Source: Nemertoderma westbladi
Lineage: Eukaryota > Animalia > Xenacoelomorpha
DNA: 64,000 nt
Assembly: GCA_032718475.1 (NCBI GenBank)
Contig: JAUCBJ010002026.1
Span: 1 to 64,000 of the forward strand
Direction: 5' to 3'
The notes under the pieces were generated by a model. The model worked only from the letters and a program-made list of their open reading frames with translations, ran no database searches and was not told the DNA's origin. The position numbers and the translations under genes were made by a program. This document shows, piece by piece, positions 22,033-33,587 of this stretch. Every line of letters begins with the position of its first letter. The stretch's first letter is position 1.

Positions 22033-24908
22033 CCTAGGATCCCGTCATCATTGAGTTGTGGTGACAGTGCGATCAGCTCACTGTCCCGTCGGAGATGCTG
22101 TTGTTTACCGACGCGTTCCACCTCGTCGCCGTAGTTCTTCCTCTGTTCGTAGCGGATGACTGCCTTGGCCGCTCCCTCCAGATCGACGGTTGTTCTAATT
22201 TTTATGTCTTTTCCGACTCCCTTGAGGAAATCCCCGAAGGCTCTCCAGTACGCCACTAACTTCTTGGTCTTGTACCAACTAGAGCTGTAGCTAAGGAGTT
22301 TGTCCGTTGGGTTATCGCACAGTTCTTCCGGTTTCGGTTGCACGTCCCTTATCTCCCTCACCATCTGGCTGTATATCTCCTCACCTTCTGAATCTACTCC
22401 CTCCTCCTCTAACGCTACTTGTTCTGCGCCCGGGTCCACCTTTCTCATCGGTGGCCAGGCTGTCTTATCGTTCAGGAATTGCGGCCCATGCTGCCACAAT
22501 ACTTCCTTCTTCAAGAAAGTGTGGCGTGCCACGCCCCTCGATAACAAGTCCGCTGGGTTCTCGTCCGTTGGGCAGTAGTGCCACCTTTCTAATTCTGTAG
22601 TTGCCCTTATTTCGTCCACCCTATTTGCGACGAATATAGGGTATCTCGTCCTTTCGTTATGTAGCCAACCGAGCACTACCATGGAATCCGTCCAGTAGTG
22701 TGTTTCCACTATGTTGGGAATTGCGTCCACTAAGTAGGCTGTGGCCCTAACTCCTAACCTCGCAGCTGTCAACTCGAGTTTCGGAACTGATGCTGAATCT
22801 GGTGGCGTCGACTTCGCTTTGCTGAATGCGAGTCTGGGCTTGTGAGCCCCCTCTCGTTGTACTAAGTAGAGTGCCGCTCCGTATGCCTCTAATGACGCAT
22901 CGGAGAACATGTGTAAATCCAGATTCGTCATGTCCCCATCCGGGAAATACACACGTGGCATGCTGTATGTTCCCATCTGCTCTAAACTCTCTGTCCACTT
23001 GCTCCATTGCTTGCTGATCTCTTCCGGGACCTCTGTATCCCAGTCGTCCTTTAGTTTGTACACTCTCTTGAGTATCTGTTTCCCCGTGACTAGTAATGGG
23101 GATGCTAGGCCTAGGGGATCGTATATCCTGGCTATGTACGACACATAGCCCCTCTTTGTGTGGATATCTGCGCCCTCCTGACTCAACTGGTATTTTAACT
23201 CGTCTGTCTCTCGGTTCCACACGATCCCTAGTGCCTTCTGTTGGGACTCCACTCTCTTGTTCGCCATGTCCTGTCCCTTGGCTGTCGTGGGATTATCCAT
23301 GGTCGACTCTGGCCTCCTGTCCTCTATGGCTTTCATGAACTCTTGCGAGCTGGATTGGAACTTGGTTAGGTTGAACCCGGATCCTTTTAGGATGTCGCGA
23401 ACCTCGCGCCCCGTGTCCAGTAGTTCCTTAACCGTATTTCCAGACTCCATCCCGTCGTCTACATAGAAGCCGCGTCGAATCATATCGACGGCTTTGGCGC
23501 TGTATTTCTCTTCCTTCCCTTCTACCGTGTCTCTTACGGCCACAGTCGTTGTAAACGAAGACGACTTGGCTCCCATATTCTGTACTATCATCTTATACAT
23601 CGGTATGGTCGACGGTTCCTCATCGCCGTCGTACCATAGGAAGCGCTGACTGTCGCTATCCTCTTCCATTACACGGACTTGGTTGAACATGCCTTCGATG
23701 TCGCAGGTGAAAGCGTGTTTACCATTCCTGAATCTGAGTAGGACCTCGATCCCTGAGTTGTAGATGTTGGGACCCTCCAGCAGATAATCGTTTAGGCATT
23801 TGCCGTTGGTTTTAGCCGATGCGTCAACTACCATCCGCAGTTTACCTTTCTTCGGGTCTAGAGCCACGTGGAGTGGCAGGTAATAGGTCCTGTCCATGTT
23901 TGGTTCGTCGACCGGTAACTCCACGGCCCATCCTTTCTCGACATACTTTCTGATTGTCTTGTGAATGTACTCATTCTTCTCGGGGCTCCGTTTTAGCGTC
24001 TGCTTCAACTTACGAAGCCTCGTGAGTACCATCCCTTTATTGTCGGGTAACGGTAGCTTCGGTAGCTTCCATACCATTCCTATGGTATACCGCCCCTCAT
24101 CGCATGTCATCGATTCCTTTACACTTTGTAAAGCCTGCTTGTCTTCTACCGAGGTTCCGACCCCGGTCTCTTTTAATCCCTCAAAATCCTGTCTGAGCAG
24201 TCTCCTGAGCTGCTCCTCTGCTCCCTCATCTCCCATTTCTCGCATAGTTCCCGCGAACATGCATCCTGATGTCTCCGACATCCTAAATGGTATTTTGCTC
24301 CTGATTGGGCCGCTTAGCGTCCACCCGAATGGTGTTAATATCGCCACCGGGTCACACTGCCTGTCTTCGCCGAAGACCGTTTGCATTCTCTCGTGGGCCG
24401 TCGGGCAGTCCATTCCTACTATGATGGATACCTTCCTAACGTCCACTTCTGGGATTGAGAAGTCGATACTGTCCAGGAATTTGTATTGTTCGACCTCGAT
24501 GTTGGTTGGCCGCCTGGCGTTGATATTTATCGACTCTATCACCTGGATGGGGTCAATGGTCGCCCCATAGTCGCATCCCGGTGCTATCGCTGCTATCGCG
24601 CACCGTCCGGTCCTCATCTCCAGAACCTCATCTTTGCTGGAGATGGTTGTTACCGCCATTCTACTTGGCCTCGTTCTCAATCCTATCTCTTCGGCCACCC
24701 AATCCTCAACTAAGGTGAAGGCTGCACCACTGTCGACCAGCATCAGTGTGGTTACTGATCGATTGCCTTCCCCGATTATCCTTACTGGTACTACCCCTAA
24801 TAGTACCGTTCCTCTCTTCCTCGCCACTACGGTGCTTGTTGCCATCGTCTGACCTTTACTTTGACCGAACTTAATTGGCGTTTCCTTGCATTGGTGCTCT
24901 ATGTCCAC
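22029..24908 (-). CDS. Element B pol: protease, RT, RNase H
   Basis: LVDSGA protease; YYLPLH, RMVVDAS, CDIEGMFNQV, FYVDD RT motifs; FSDAS, PKLEL, YWTDS, NPADLLSRG RNase H motifs. Confidence 0.95.
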   Translation of the reverse strand: MDIEHQCKETPIKFGQSKGQTMATSTVVARKRGTVLLGVVPVRIIGEGNRSVTTLMLVDSGAAFTLVEDWVAEEIGLRTRPSRMAVTTISSKDEVLEMRTGRCAIAAIAPGCDYGATIDPIQVIESININARRPTNIEVEQYKFLDSIDFSIPEVDVRKVSIIVGMDCPTAHERMQTVFGEDRQCDPVAILTPFGWTLSGPIRSKIPFRMSETSGCMFAGTMREMGDEGAEEQLRRLLRQDFEGLKETGVGTSVEDKQALQSVKESMTCDEGRYTIGMVWKLPKLPLPDNKGMVLTRLRKLKQTLKRSPEKNEYIHKTIRKYVEKGWAVELPVDEPNMDRTYYLPLHVALDPKKGKLRMVVDASAKTNGKCLNDYLLEGPNIYNSGIEVLLRFRNGKHAFTCDIEGMFNQVRVMEEDSDSQRFLWYDGDEEPSTIPMYKMIVQNMGAKSSSFTTTVAVRDTVEGKEEKYSAKAVDMIRRGFYVDDGMESGNTVKELLDTGREVRDILKGSGFNLTKFQSSSQEFMKAIEDRRPESTMDNPTTAKGQDMANKRVESQQKALGIVWNRETDELKYQLSQEGADIHTKRGYVSYIARIYDPLGLASPLLVTGKQILKRVYKLKDDWDTEVPEEISKQWSKWTESLEQMGTYSMPRVYFPDGDMTNLDLHMFSDASLEAYGAALYLVQREGAHKPRLAFSKAKSTPPDSASVPKLELTAARLGVRATAYLVDAIPNIVETHYWTDSMVVLGWLHNERTRYPIFVANRVDEIRATTELERWHYCPTDENPADLLSRGVARHTFLKKEVLWQHGPQFLNDKTAWPPMRKVDPGAEQVALEEEGVDSEGEEIYSQMVREIRDVQPKPEELCDNPTDKLLSYSSSWYKTKKLVAYWRAFGDFLKGVGKDIKIRTTVDLEGAAKAVIRYEQRKNYGDEVERVGKQQHLRRDSELIALSPQLNDDGILG

Positions 24909-26223
24909 TCATCACACATCGCGAGCAGATTTCATTCCTTCTCGCGTATTCTACCTGATCTTCCCTGGGTAGCGCTTGCCAGTACCTGCAGTTCATGGTC
25001 TGATGAAGTGCATTTGTATGTAGTTGGCATTTGCTCTTTGGGTTGTAGCCATCCTTATAAAGTGCGTTGCATATCGCACTTATATTTGTACCAAAGTCCC
25101 TACTATTCTTATTGTTTGGGTTCGGCCTACTGGGCGTGCTGGGGTTATGTTTATTTGTGTTGTTATTTTTCCCCTGTCCGCTCCATGATGTGGTCTTACC
25201 CCCGGCTACTTGTGGACTGGTAGTCCCCTGCATTGCTGCGTACGGCAGTGACTGTCTGAGCTTTGGCAATGCGTTCGACGCGTTGTGCTCTGGTTTCGGC
25301 CTGTGGTAATCGGTCTTTGGTCCCTTTCCCAGGCTATCCTCGCTATAGACTGGGTCCGTTATAAGTTCAGCTTCATAGTTTAAGAAGCTCGACATCTCTT
25401 CTAAACCCGGTTCCGCACCCTTCCTATCTCGAGTGGTGAAAGCGATTTTTCTCCACTTATTGCGCAGCCAAATCGGTAGTGCCTGCGCTATCGTAGTGAT
25501 GTTGTTAGACGCGTTGAGTTCGTATGGCGCGTCCAGCGTCTTTAGTACGATTAGTGCCTTCTCGACTTTGTTAGCGAATGTCTTTATGCTAACGGGGTTA
25601 TCCTGTAGGCCACCCGATGTTATACCTCTCAGGGTCTGCCGGATGATCTTGGCCGGGTGCCCATATTCCCTGTCTAACGCCCGCCATGCCGTCGTGAAGC
25701 CGCCCTCAATGCCCTGGTATTGCCTCATGATGTCGTATGCTGGGCCTCCTGTATACACTTGTAGATACTTTAGGCACTCCGCCTGCGTCAAATTTTTTGT
25801 TAATATTTCATTACTATACATACGCCGAAACTGTAGGTATTCTTCCGGCCTACTTCCATCGAATTTGAATGGTTCCACGGGTGGTAACTCGATCCTGGTC
25901 TTTAATGCATCGATTAACGTGGCCATTCCCATCGCTTGCGCTTCCAATGGGTTCGATGGATGCTGTATAGGTTCTCCCATTGGGTGCGGTCCGTTCGTCC
26001 TGTCTGCCGCTTTCCTCTGACTTGGATATATCATTGGGGGTAGCGGCCCCCTCCATATTTCTGTGTCGCACGATCTATTCTCGTCCAAGGGGTTCGATGT
26101 TCTTACTCCTATTGGGGTATATTGTTGATATTGTGATGGGGGAATGTCACCCTGTCCCCCCCCCCCCCCCCCACCGGTATGTTTGGTACTGGGGTTGGTG
26201 TTAATATAGTGGGGCCCATACAC
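24871..26223 (-). CDS. Element B gag core (capsid-like region and zinc knuckles)
   Basis: PFKFDGSRPEEYLQF, LKYL...GGPA, LP.WLR.KW, CQLH...H...C, CSRCVMSGH. Confidence 0.88.
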   Translation of the reverse strand: MYGPHYINTNPSTKHTGGGGGGGQGDIPPSQYQQYTPIGVRTSNPLDENRSCDTEIWRGPLPPMIYPSQRKAADRTNGPHPMGEPIQHPSNPLEAQAMGMATLIDALKTRIELPPVEPFKFDGSRPEEYLQFRRMYSNEILTKNLTQAECLKYLQVYTGGPAYDIMRQYQGIEGGFTTAWRALDREYGHPAKIIRQTLRGITSGGLQDNPVSIKTFANKVEKALIVLKTLDAPYELNASNNITTIAQALPIWLRNKWRKIAFTTRDRKGAEPGLEEMSSFLNYEAELITDPVYSEDSLGKGPKTDYHRPKPEHNASNALPKLRQSLPYAAMQGTTSPQVAGGKTTSWSGQGKNNNTNKHNPSTPSRPNPNNKNSRDFGTNISAICNALYKDGYNPKSKCQLHTNALHQTMNCRYWQALPREDQVEYARRNEICSRCVMSGHRAPMQGNAN

Positions 26224-29114
26224 CTATCCGCAATAATTCGCCCCTCCCCTGGGTATATGTTATGTCCCTGCATGCTGTAGTCATACTGCTGTGCTGGTAC
26301 CGGTATAGGCCTATCCACTTCTGGCCTACCCGCCGGTATGTACTCCGCGACTTCCGGGTTTAATCCCGTCATTCGCGCTATCCTATCGCCTACATTATCT
26401 CTCCCAGCATGGCCTATGGTATGTGCAGTAAGGCCTACAGTATGTCCTGCAGTCTGTATGTGTCGCTCGGGATCAAAGTTTATCCTTCTCGAATAATCCT
26501 CCCCGTGGCTACCGTATTCTCGATCGGTAGGTATATCCCGTCAGGAAGTTTCTCTTTGACCCCCTCTACTGCTCTCGTCCTCGTGCCGGTACATCCTGTA
26601 CCCCTCTCTCTGCGCGCAATATGCCTCGTCAGGTCGCGTTTCTCCAGGACGACGGCAATCTCCTGAAGTTCGACCTCACTGACTCTCCGTCTCCACCTCT
26701 ACTACCGACGGCTCGCTATCCGTCCTCGCTCTCCTGTCGTTCGCAGCGACACTTCTTCTACTCTCTTCCTTTCTTCTCTCTGTAGTGCAGTATCCCCGGT
26801 CGTGAGATCTCTCGTCGACCTCCCGGTTAAACTCCACTGTTCTTCTTCCCTCCTCTGATTGGGCTCGACATCTCGTCGCCCGCCCTCTCGCGACGTCAAC
26901 CTGTCTCTCTCTGCCCGATCGCACGCCACTGGGGATACTCGTAACCCCCCCTACTATTCTCCATCGCCGGGTGCTGCGGTTCACCTAATTCGCCCCGCGC
27001 ATTATCCGCCGACGCTTGTGGGACACTCTTTGCCCCCCCCCCCCCCCGCTCGCTGCTAATCTCTCGTTGTGGGGCTCCTATAGCCCCCCCCCCCACTCGC
27101 CACCTATTACTTCACTATCTCTCACCTCACCTCTACACCCCTCTCTAGTCGACACACTAACCATACTGCGACTGGGTCTATTCACCCCCGCCTCTCTCTC
27201 TGCTACTGTGTGGCCTACCAGGCCCTCTACTTCCTGCCTACTAACTACGTGGCCTACCAGGCCCTCATCGGGTTGACTCAACCCCGCTACTTCCTGCCTA
27301 CTAACTACGTGGCCTACCAGGCCCTTGTTTGTCGGGCCGTCTGAGCCCGCCGCGTTCATATTAATAGCACCACTACCAGCATGACCTGTTAAATCAATTA
27401 AATCCTCCAAATCAATTAAATTATTTTGCACACCTAAATTAGAAACGGAATTATTTTGTTCGTTCGAAATAAGATTATTTGAATTATTTGGCGTATTTAT
27501 ATTATTTGAATTATTTTGTACATTTATATTATTTGAATTATTTTGTAAATTCAGATTTAGATTATTTGAATTAGGACTATTCGGATTATTTGAATTATTT
27601 GTATTTAAATTTAAATTACTACTACTAGGTAAAATATTTCCTGCAATGAAAGTTTGGTTAGAATTATCCAATACAGTACTATTAATATTAACGTTATCTA
27701 CTGTATTATTACCCCCCCCCCCCCCCCGCCCGTACGGTCACACCAGTCCTGGGTCTGTAATGCGGTCCCTGTAAGTGGGGTATTAATAAACGTTTTCCTA
27801 ACTCCTGGCTCCTCGTAAATACTCGAGCCAGTCTCGCTCTCTGATAGCCCCATCTGCGCCAGTTCCAGTCGGCGCTTCTGTTTGGCTTGATATTGAATAA
27901 GCCCCCTTAGGCGGGCATGCAAATCATCCCGCACACGCTTCCCCATTGCCTCTCTTTCCAGATCCTCCCGCGCACTCTGGTCGGCTAATTCCGCCTCTCT
28001 CGCGACTCTCTCCAGTCGTCTCACCTCGCGCTCTTTTCGCTCGCTCTGCTCTCTCGCCTCACGCTCCTCACGTCTATTCTGCTCTCTCGCCTCATTCGCT
28101 GCCTCGCGCTCTTCTTGCTCCTTCCTTTCTATCCTCCCTATTTCCTCGCACTCCTTAAAGCTTCTCGCGACCTTCTCGGCCCTCTCTCTGTTCACTCTAA
28201 CCAGTTCTTTCTCCTTCTCTAATAATGCACTCCCTTCCACTAACTGTCTCTCTAGTTCTCTCTGGTCTAGCGCCGCCAGATCGAGCTGGCACGCCAGATC
28301 TATTTCCCGCACCCGTCTTTCTTTTGCGGAGGATGTAGCAGACTTATCGGTCGCGACGGACTCGCTTCGCCTTCCCGTCCTACTAACTTTCCCCCGCCTC
28401 CCGGAATTTTCCCCGACCGACGAGACCGAATCCTCGGGGTTAACCTCGGATTCGCTCTCCTGCGGTCTCCTCCAACCCACCAATTTTACTCCCCGGGCAT
28501 CGACTAAGTATGGCCCTACGTACACTACGCTAGGTTCCATACCCCTACATTCCCATAGTTCGAACAGTTCGCTGGCAACCCCTCTCGCTCTCTCATCGGC
28601 TAGTTCTCCCTGCCCAAAACGCATTAAGTAATCAAAATGTCTGTTCGACTCACCTAGCCGCTTCTTTAACTTCACCTCGTCTATCTTCGCCCCTCATTTG
28701 GCCTCTCTCAGCTGCTTCCGGGTCGCGGCGTAGGCTCGTCGGAGCCGGTTGCTGACCCCGATGTCCTCATCGCCGACATCTCCTTTATCGCTCCGGGTCC
28801 GGCGTCGTACCGGCGGCCCCACCGTCGCCGTTCCGGTGGGCCGTCCGTCGCCCTCAGCCTGTGGCTGGCCGGCGACATCGGCACGTCGACCGCCGCTGTA
28901 TGTCGACTCGTCTCTCTCCTCTCCCGACTCGTCTCTCCCTCCTCTCGACTCGTCTCCTCGTTGTAGACGGCCCCCCTCCTCTTGGATTGCCGGATCGCCT
29001 ATGGTCGATGAACCCGGCGTCGTGGGTCGGTACCGTCACGTCGCGGCCTTGCGGATCGTTAGGTCTTTATCATCGTTAGGTCCGCGGCGGTGTCGTCTCT
29101 CTTTCTCGACTCAT
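26109..29114 (-). pseudogene. Element B long gag N-terminal extension (charged coiled coil, Asn-rich segment), fragmented
   Basis: Consecutive same-strand ORFs 27698-28675 (E/R-rich), 27078-27671 (N-rich), 26676-26984 and 26109-26372. Several breaks coincide with G homopolymers. Confidence 0.65.
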
Positions 29115-29232
29115 GCTGTTTGACTGTCAGTTTCTAGTTGAAGTTCCTTTTACTTAGGGCAGCAGTAGCAGGTTCTGATCACTTAGTGCAGCTTGGATCT
29201 AATCACTTAGGGCAGCAGTTGGCTCTAATCAC

Positions 29233-29800
29233 TGTGACGGGATCCACCGAGGATCCCGGTTTATCCGGTTTCTAATCTACGATCCCCGCCTTGCGTATGT
29301 GAAAAGAGTTCTGATTGTTGGTTGATCAATGCATATAGATATAAGGGTATGATGAATGATAAGATATAGCACAGTTAAAGTGAATGATGTATAGTGTACT
29401 GGTAAAATGGTTTAATATTGTATGGAAGTAGACGGAGATGTGATTAGAGTTCCGGTACTACCCTAACTAACTGACTTACTGAAGTGAATAAATTGGCACA
29501 ACGAATGATAATATATATTGCACTGGTTGGCCGCATTACGTTTCTCAGTTGATGCCTTCCCCCCATTGGCTAATAACTCACTTCTTGCCTCCCATCTCTC
29601 TGGGAGTGTTTTCCCTCCCCACTGCTGTTATTCTCTCTCTCGGAGGTATAACCTCTGACCCCCTTTGTGTGTTCCCTTAGGGGTTTGTCGCCCCGTTTAT
29701 TGGGGTGACACGAGGTTGATTGGTAACCAACCTCGTGCTCCCAATATTGCTTAAAACCAACTCTGTGTGGGCCTGGTTAGCGGAATTGAATAAGCTAACA
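29233..29800 (-). repeat. 5' LTR of element B
   Basis: 568-bp direct repeat of 16039-16606, with the TSD at its outer edge. Confidence 0.97.
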
Positions 29801-32800
29801 AAGACAGCATCAGTCCAAAATGTAGTCCTTGATATTTCAAAATTCAAATATTCAGTCACGTTTTTAGCAACAGTTGTTGCATAGAAACCTGCTTTCAATT
29901 CTGCCCTAGGTGGTCGTGTCCTTAACTCTTTATTCACAATGAGAGCTTTAGAAGCAACCAAGGCTACACGTACATCGTGAGGGGTTTGTACACGCAAGTA
30001 AGCTACAATACCTAGTCCAACCTTGCTCGCATCACTGAAGACATGTAACTGGTACTCATAATTAGGTAGTACATGGCCAAAGTAGGCCCGTGGTACCTTA
30101 AAGTCCTCAATTTCTGGCAAAGTCTCCTCCCAAGCTTGCCAATGGGCCAACAACTTACCAGTCAACGGGTCATCCCAGGAATTGTTTTCTTCCCACATAT
30201 CCCGAACTATACACCTAGCCGTCAAGATACCTGGGCCAATGAAACCAATGGGATCAAAATAGGTGCTTAATATGCTAAGGCATATTCTCTTAGTATGTTT
30301 ACTCTCACTTCTCACCTGTAGTTTGAATGACATTTCATCAGTTTCGGCGTTCCATCTTAAACCTAATGTCTTTGTTTCCGGTAAATCATCACGTGTCAAA
30401 TCCAGATTTTTCGCACCACGTTCTTAGAATGGTATTGAGTCCAGAAACTCTCTGGAGTTGCTAGCGAACTTCGTGAGGTTGAATCCTCCTCGTTTAAGAC
30501 ATTCTACTGTGCCTTTCGCTATGCTTATCGCCTCCTCAACGGTTGGAACAGACTTCAAGTTGTCATCCATATATATATATCTTTCTTGATATTTTCTAGG
30601 ACGGCGGGCGAGAAATCATGTTGGTTATCGTCCGCCGTGGTATGAACAATGAAGCATGAGTTAGATGGGCTGGAATTAATGCCGAACGCTTGTACCGTCA
30701 TCCAATATTCCTTCAGAGGTTTTCTAAAGTCTCCATCTGGCCACCAAAAAAACCGGAGGCTATCTCTGTCTACTTGTAGGGCCTTCACTTGTAAAAACAT
30801 GCCTTCAATATCTGAGGCGAAGGCGATCGAGTATTGGCGAAGGCGAATCAAGATTCCTAGAAGGGATTGCAACAGGTTGGGACCAGTCATTAATTCTGAA
30901 TTCAGAGACTGTCCTTTATATAGAGCCGAAGCATCAAAGACCACTCTCACAGTACCTGGCTTGTCGGGACGTTCCACATAGTGATGAGTTATATAGTATG
31001 TCCGATTTGATTCTGGTGTCCTTGTTGGCACTTCTTCAGCATACCCTTTTGTGATGAACTTCTCCATCTGTTCCCTATACATGTGCCATGCGTTATGGTT
31101 TGCAGCCAATCGTCGCTTTAATTGTTCCACTCTCTTCTCTGCTAGAATTCTGTTGTTATGGAACTTGGGATCCTGAGAGCGCCAAAGTAAACCTATTTCA
31201 TACTTACCTTCATTCTTTAATAATTTTGTGGTAGTCCGTTGTATGTCACGGGATCGCTCATCTTCAACAGATAAGGCTTTCTCATAAGAGGTTGGTCCCT
31301 CCCTTTCTTGTTTCATTATACTTACAAGTTGTTGCTCAGCATTATATTCAGCCTGAGCTCGCAAGATTTCACTTAATTCGTCATGTTCATCGTTAACAAA
31401 ATTTCCTTGCAAAGAATTATAATTCTGCATTTGATAATTAATATACTGTTCGTCATCAATTAACTCTGTATCAGTCTCATCATTCTCTAGGTCTATGTTT
31501 TGGTCATTGTCAGTCGATAAGACATTTTCAAGTGATGAGTCATAGCTAAGAACTTCGTTTACCTTTATACTTGCTCCGGTTCGTTCTTGTAAGGTTTTCG
31601 CTGAAGGTCCCGTACAATACCAACCTATCTGCGTCCTACATGCATATGGTGCTAAAGGTAAAGGTTTTTTAGGTATCTTCTCCAATATCTCGAGAGCCTC
31701 ATGTGCATTCTGTCCAATCAGGAGGGAAATTCCAGGACTGTCAACATCATAACGGGGTATTTTATGTTCGTTGGTGAATTCGTCTTCATCCCAATTATAT
31801 AATGGTGCTTGTCCCCTCGTGAGGTTCTTTATCGCCACCATTTTCACATTGTCCAATGAGTATATATGATCATGATTGGTCGGGGCTGACAGAGCACTAA
31901 TGCAATAGAACGTTTCCAATGTTGAAGTCCATTTTTGCATTACACCGGCTAAATTAAGTCGCATGGGATATATTTCGTGGTTGTCCCACAGTGTTTCAGC
32001 AAGATCTTTATCTATGAAGGTATTCGTGCTGCCAGAATCCATTAATGCATTTAGTATAATGCTTCTTTTACCTGCATGTAATCTCACCTGGACTATGGGA
32101 AATTCTCTTACTCCTACATTCCTGGACTGTTTCAGTTTTGTCACCTGATTAACTGATGAGTGTTGTAATGGTGTGATATCGTCTGTTTCCGGGTTTGAGA
32201 CATAAGTTAGGGCTCTTTCCATCATAACATGATACACATTACACGAGTCACTATCATCTGAAAACTCACCTGGATATGGAGAACCTGCCAGTTCGACAGA
32301 GTCATACGGATCTTCGCAAGCGTCACTGAAGTGTACACGTTGTTCCATACTTATAGGGGTGTAAGATTCACTATGTAGCAGAGCATGATGTGAACCGTTA
32401 CATTTTGGACACTCAATACCTACGATTTTGCAATCTCTCCTCAAATGACCAAATTTCAAGCATTTGTAGCATGTACGTTGGTTCTTAATAAACCATCTCC
32501 TGGATCTTACACTCATCTTTAAAAATTCTGGGAATTGGTACATTTGACGACTTACCTTTGGGCAAAAGGGGCATGTATTAGGATCTTTATTTGTTACCGT
32601 TTTATCATTTGTGTTAGTTACTTGGGATCGTGGTAGTATCCCATTGGTTGATCTTATATCACGTTGGGTGGAGGTTTGTATATCACCTTTCGTATTTGTC
32701 AGTATATGGAGTCGGCTATTGGGTTTACCGGTTGGTTTCGAATAGTAGACTTCCTGGCAATCAGATTCCATGTCTTCTCTCAAAGAAATACTGCTATCGT

Positions 32801-33587
32801 ATTCTGGGTCATAGATATTCATAACTCTTTTTCTGGGAACAATAATGGGTTTCTCGGTTGCTGGTTTGGCCTCACTTCCTCTTTCACGGACATCTCTTTG
32901 AAATTGTAGAGTGACTTCATCTTTGAGGAATTTAAGGAAGTCTCTCATGGTGACGTCACGCTGTCTATCACGTTTGTTTTGAACAACAAAACGATCCCAT
33001 CGATTACCAACATTTCCCTTTGGTAGAGCACCAGCTATTTTATTGACGACCATGTATTTGTCATACATTTCTCCCTTATTCAACCAATCTAACTGTCTAC
33101 ACAACTCATGGACTTCATCCGAGAACTCAACCAAGCCTCCACCTGCTATACATTTCTTTGTAATTAATTTGTCAAACACAAACATCGCAATGGTAGATTG
33201 ATCACCATACCTTTCAGAAAGTGTGTTCCATGCTTCTTGTAACCCTTGAGGATGACCTACATATTTCAGAGCCATTGTTTTTGGGGGTCCCTCTAGACAT
33301 TCAATGAGAAATCTTAATTTTTCTCCTTCAGTCAAAATTGAGTTCTGTATATTGTCTTTAAAGTACTCGTGGAAAGGAAGCCATTTCAATGCATCTCCAT
33401 TAAATTTTATCGTTTCACCTCCAGTTACAACCTGTCTCGCCTCAGTTCTGGCCATTTGTCTACTCAGGCTTTCTTGAATTGAGAGGTTAAGAAAAGATGT
33501 CGATAAATTACCAAGGCTATCTGGTGGTCGGGTAACATTAGGTGGTACTTGCATGGGATTAGGGTTCAAGAATGGGTCAATACTCAA
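29801..33587 (-). pseudogene. BEL/Pao element A: gag core, protease, RT and start of RNase H
   Basis: KFNGDALKWLPF, CYKCLKFGH...C, ALMDSGS, RVVFDAS, SDIEGMFLQV. The YMDD region is frameshifted at an (AT)n run (~30570). KTLGLRW and FSDAS follow in ORF 29677-30399. Confidence 0.93.

Larger units (their letters stand above)
16039..29800 (-). mobile_element. Complete BEL/Pao LTR retrotransposon (element B, 13.76 kb) with an accessory ORF, inserted into the RNase H of element A
   Basis: Two 568-bp TG...CA LTRs and a 5-bp TSD AAGAC (16034-16038, 29801-29805). The host frame rejoins as FWTDAV/LVLEYLTNEVCQ, matching YWTDALLVLEYITNEVCQ in element C. Confidence 0.97.

Noticed and set aside
29677-29800. 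Novel C-terminal tail on ORF 29677-30399 (and the MDPVT start of ORF 13927-16053)
   Set aside because: Both are read-through into element B LTR sequence at the insertion junctions.
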